Positions 63,395 through 64,000 of a stretch of DNA of 64,000 nt are shown in pieces. The position numbers were made by a program, and so were the translations under genes. Numbering within the stretch: position 1 is the stretch's first letter; each line of letters opens with the position of its first letter. The DNA lies in the NCBI GenBank assembly GCA_965287045.1, contig CBDIYR020000010.1, positions 1,550,001 to 1,614,000 of the forward strand, given 5' to 3'. Below the pieces are notes generated by a model that was not told the DNA's origin, did no database searches, and saw only the letters and a program-made list of their open reading frames with translations. Source of the stretch: Carcharhinus amblyrhynchos (lineage: Eukaryota).

Positions 63395-64000
63395 TGTTGG
63401 GCCTTTACAGATTCAACGGAAACAATGACGACCTCTGCCGGGGAGATGATGTCACCACTGTGGGGCAGTCTCGGGGTGAACACAATATTCGTTTGGCAAT
63501 CGTTTGTGAGCCACAGCAGAGCAGCCGACTCTAAAATTCAAATCCACTCGAATTAAAGTGTATTTTATTAATGACAGAAGTGGGCTTACATTAACACTGC
63601 AATGAAGTTACGGCGAAAATCCCCAACTCTCCACACCGCGATGCCTGATTGGATACACTGAGGGAGAATTGTTAGCACCTCCAATACACCAACGAATACC
63701 TTTTTTGGACTGTGGGAACAAACTGGAGTGATGGGAGGAAACCCACGCAGACAGGGAGAGGACATTCAGACTCCACACAGACAGTGACCCAAACCAGGTA
63801 TCGAACCCGGTTCTCTGGTGCTATAAGGCAGCGGTGTTATCCATTGCACAAATTGGTAGAGACAATAATTAACTTTTCTCCACTTTAGTTCAGAGTGTGC
63901 GATTGGATAGATGCAGGCTGAAGGATGGGTTAACTTTTTTAAGTTTAAATATCTACATTTTTAATCATTTGTGGGACGTGCGCGTGCTGGCTGGCCGACA

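Larger units (their letters stand above)
52106..64000 (+). repeat. Segmental duplication, B block plus downstream region, paralogous to ~9080-31825
   Basis: Matching unique segments, e.g. 52620-53080 vs 10670-11130, 54900-55930 vs 17950-19010, 57120-58230 vs 21400-23200, 63395-64000 vs 30665-31825. Confidence 0.9.

Overview
Vertebrate genomic DNA, almost certainly from a shark or ray: it is dense in tRNA-derived V-domain SINEs and CR1-clade LINE fragments with (AGAACAT)n/(AGAACAA)n tails, plus Penelope-like remnants. It holds a segmentally duplicated cluster of multi-exon Ig-superfamily genes arranged A1(+) B1(-) A2(+) psiB2(-) B3(-). Each complete gene has a split leader, one exon encoding an already-joined V+J-like domain with no flanking RSS, an intron of about 90-100 nt and one C1-set exon. 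Most copies also have a Cys-containing stalk/TM exon and small cytoplasmic exons. The A and B C1 domains are homologous (30/67 ungapped identities), and the V domains differ mainly by replacement changes in their loops. B1 and B3 each carry a TM arginine, at different codons, and each has lost a terminal ITIM-type exon by a different lesion; B2 has a neutral TM. Together this points to a non-rearranging, antigen-receptor-like paired receptor family, possibly A/B heterodimers. Secondary signals are a SINE with an apparently 5S-derived head fused to a tRNA/V-SINE, minimal hammerhead ribozymes in Penelope-like repeats, and candidate lymphoid regulatory clusters. All exon models were read by eye without transcript data, and repeat boundaries are approximate.
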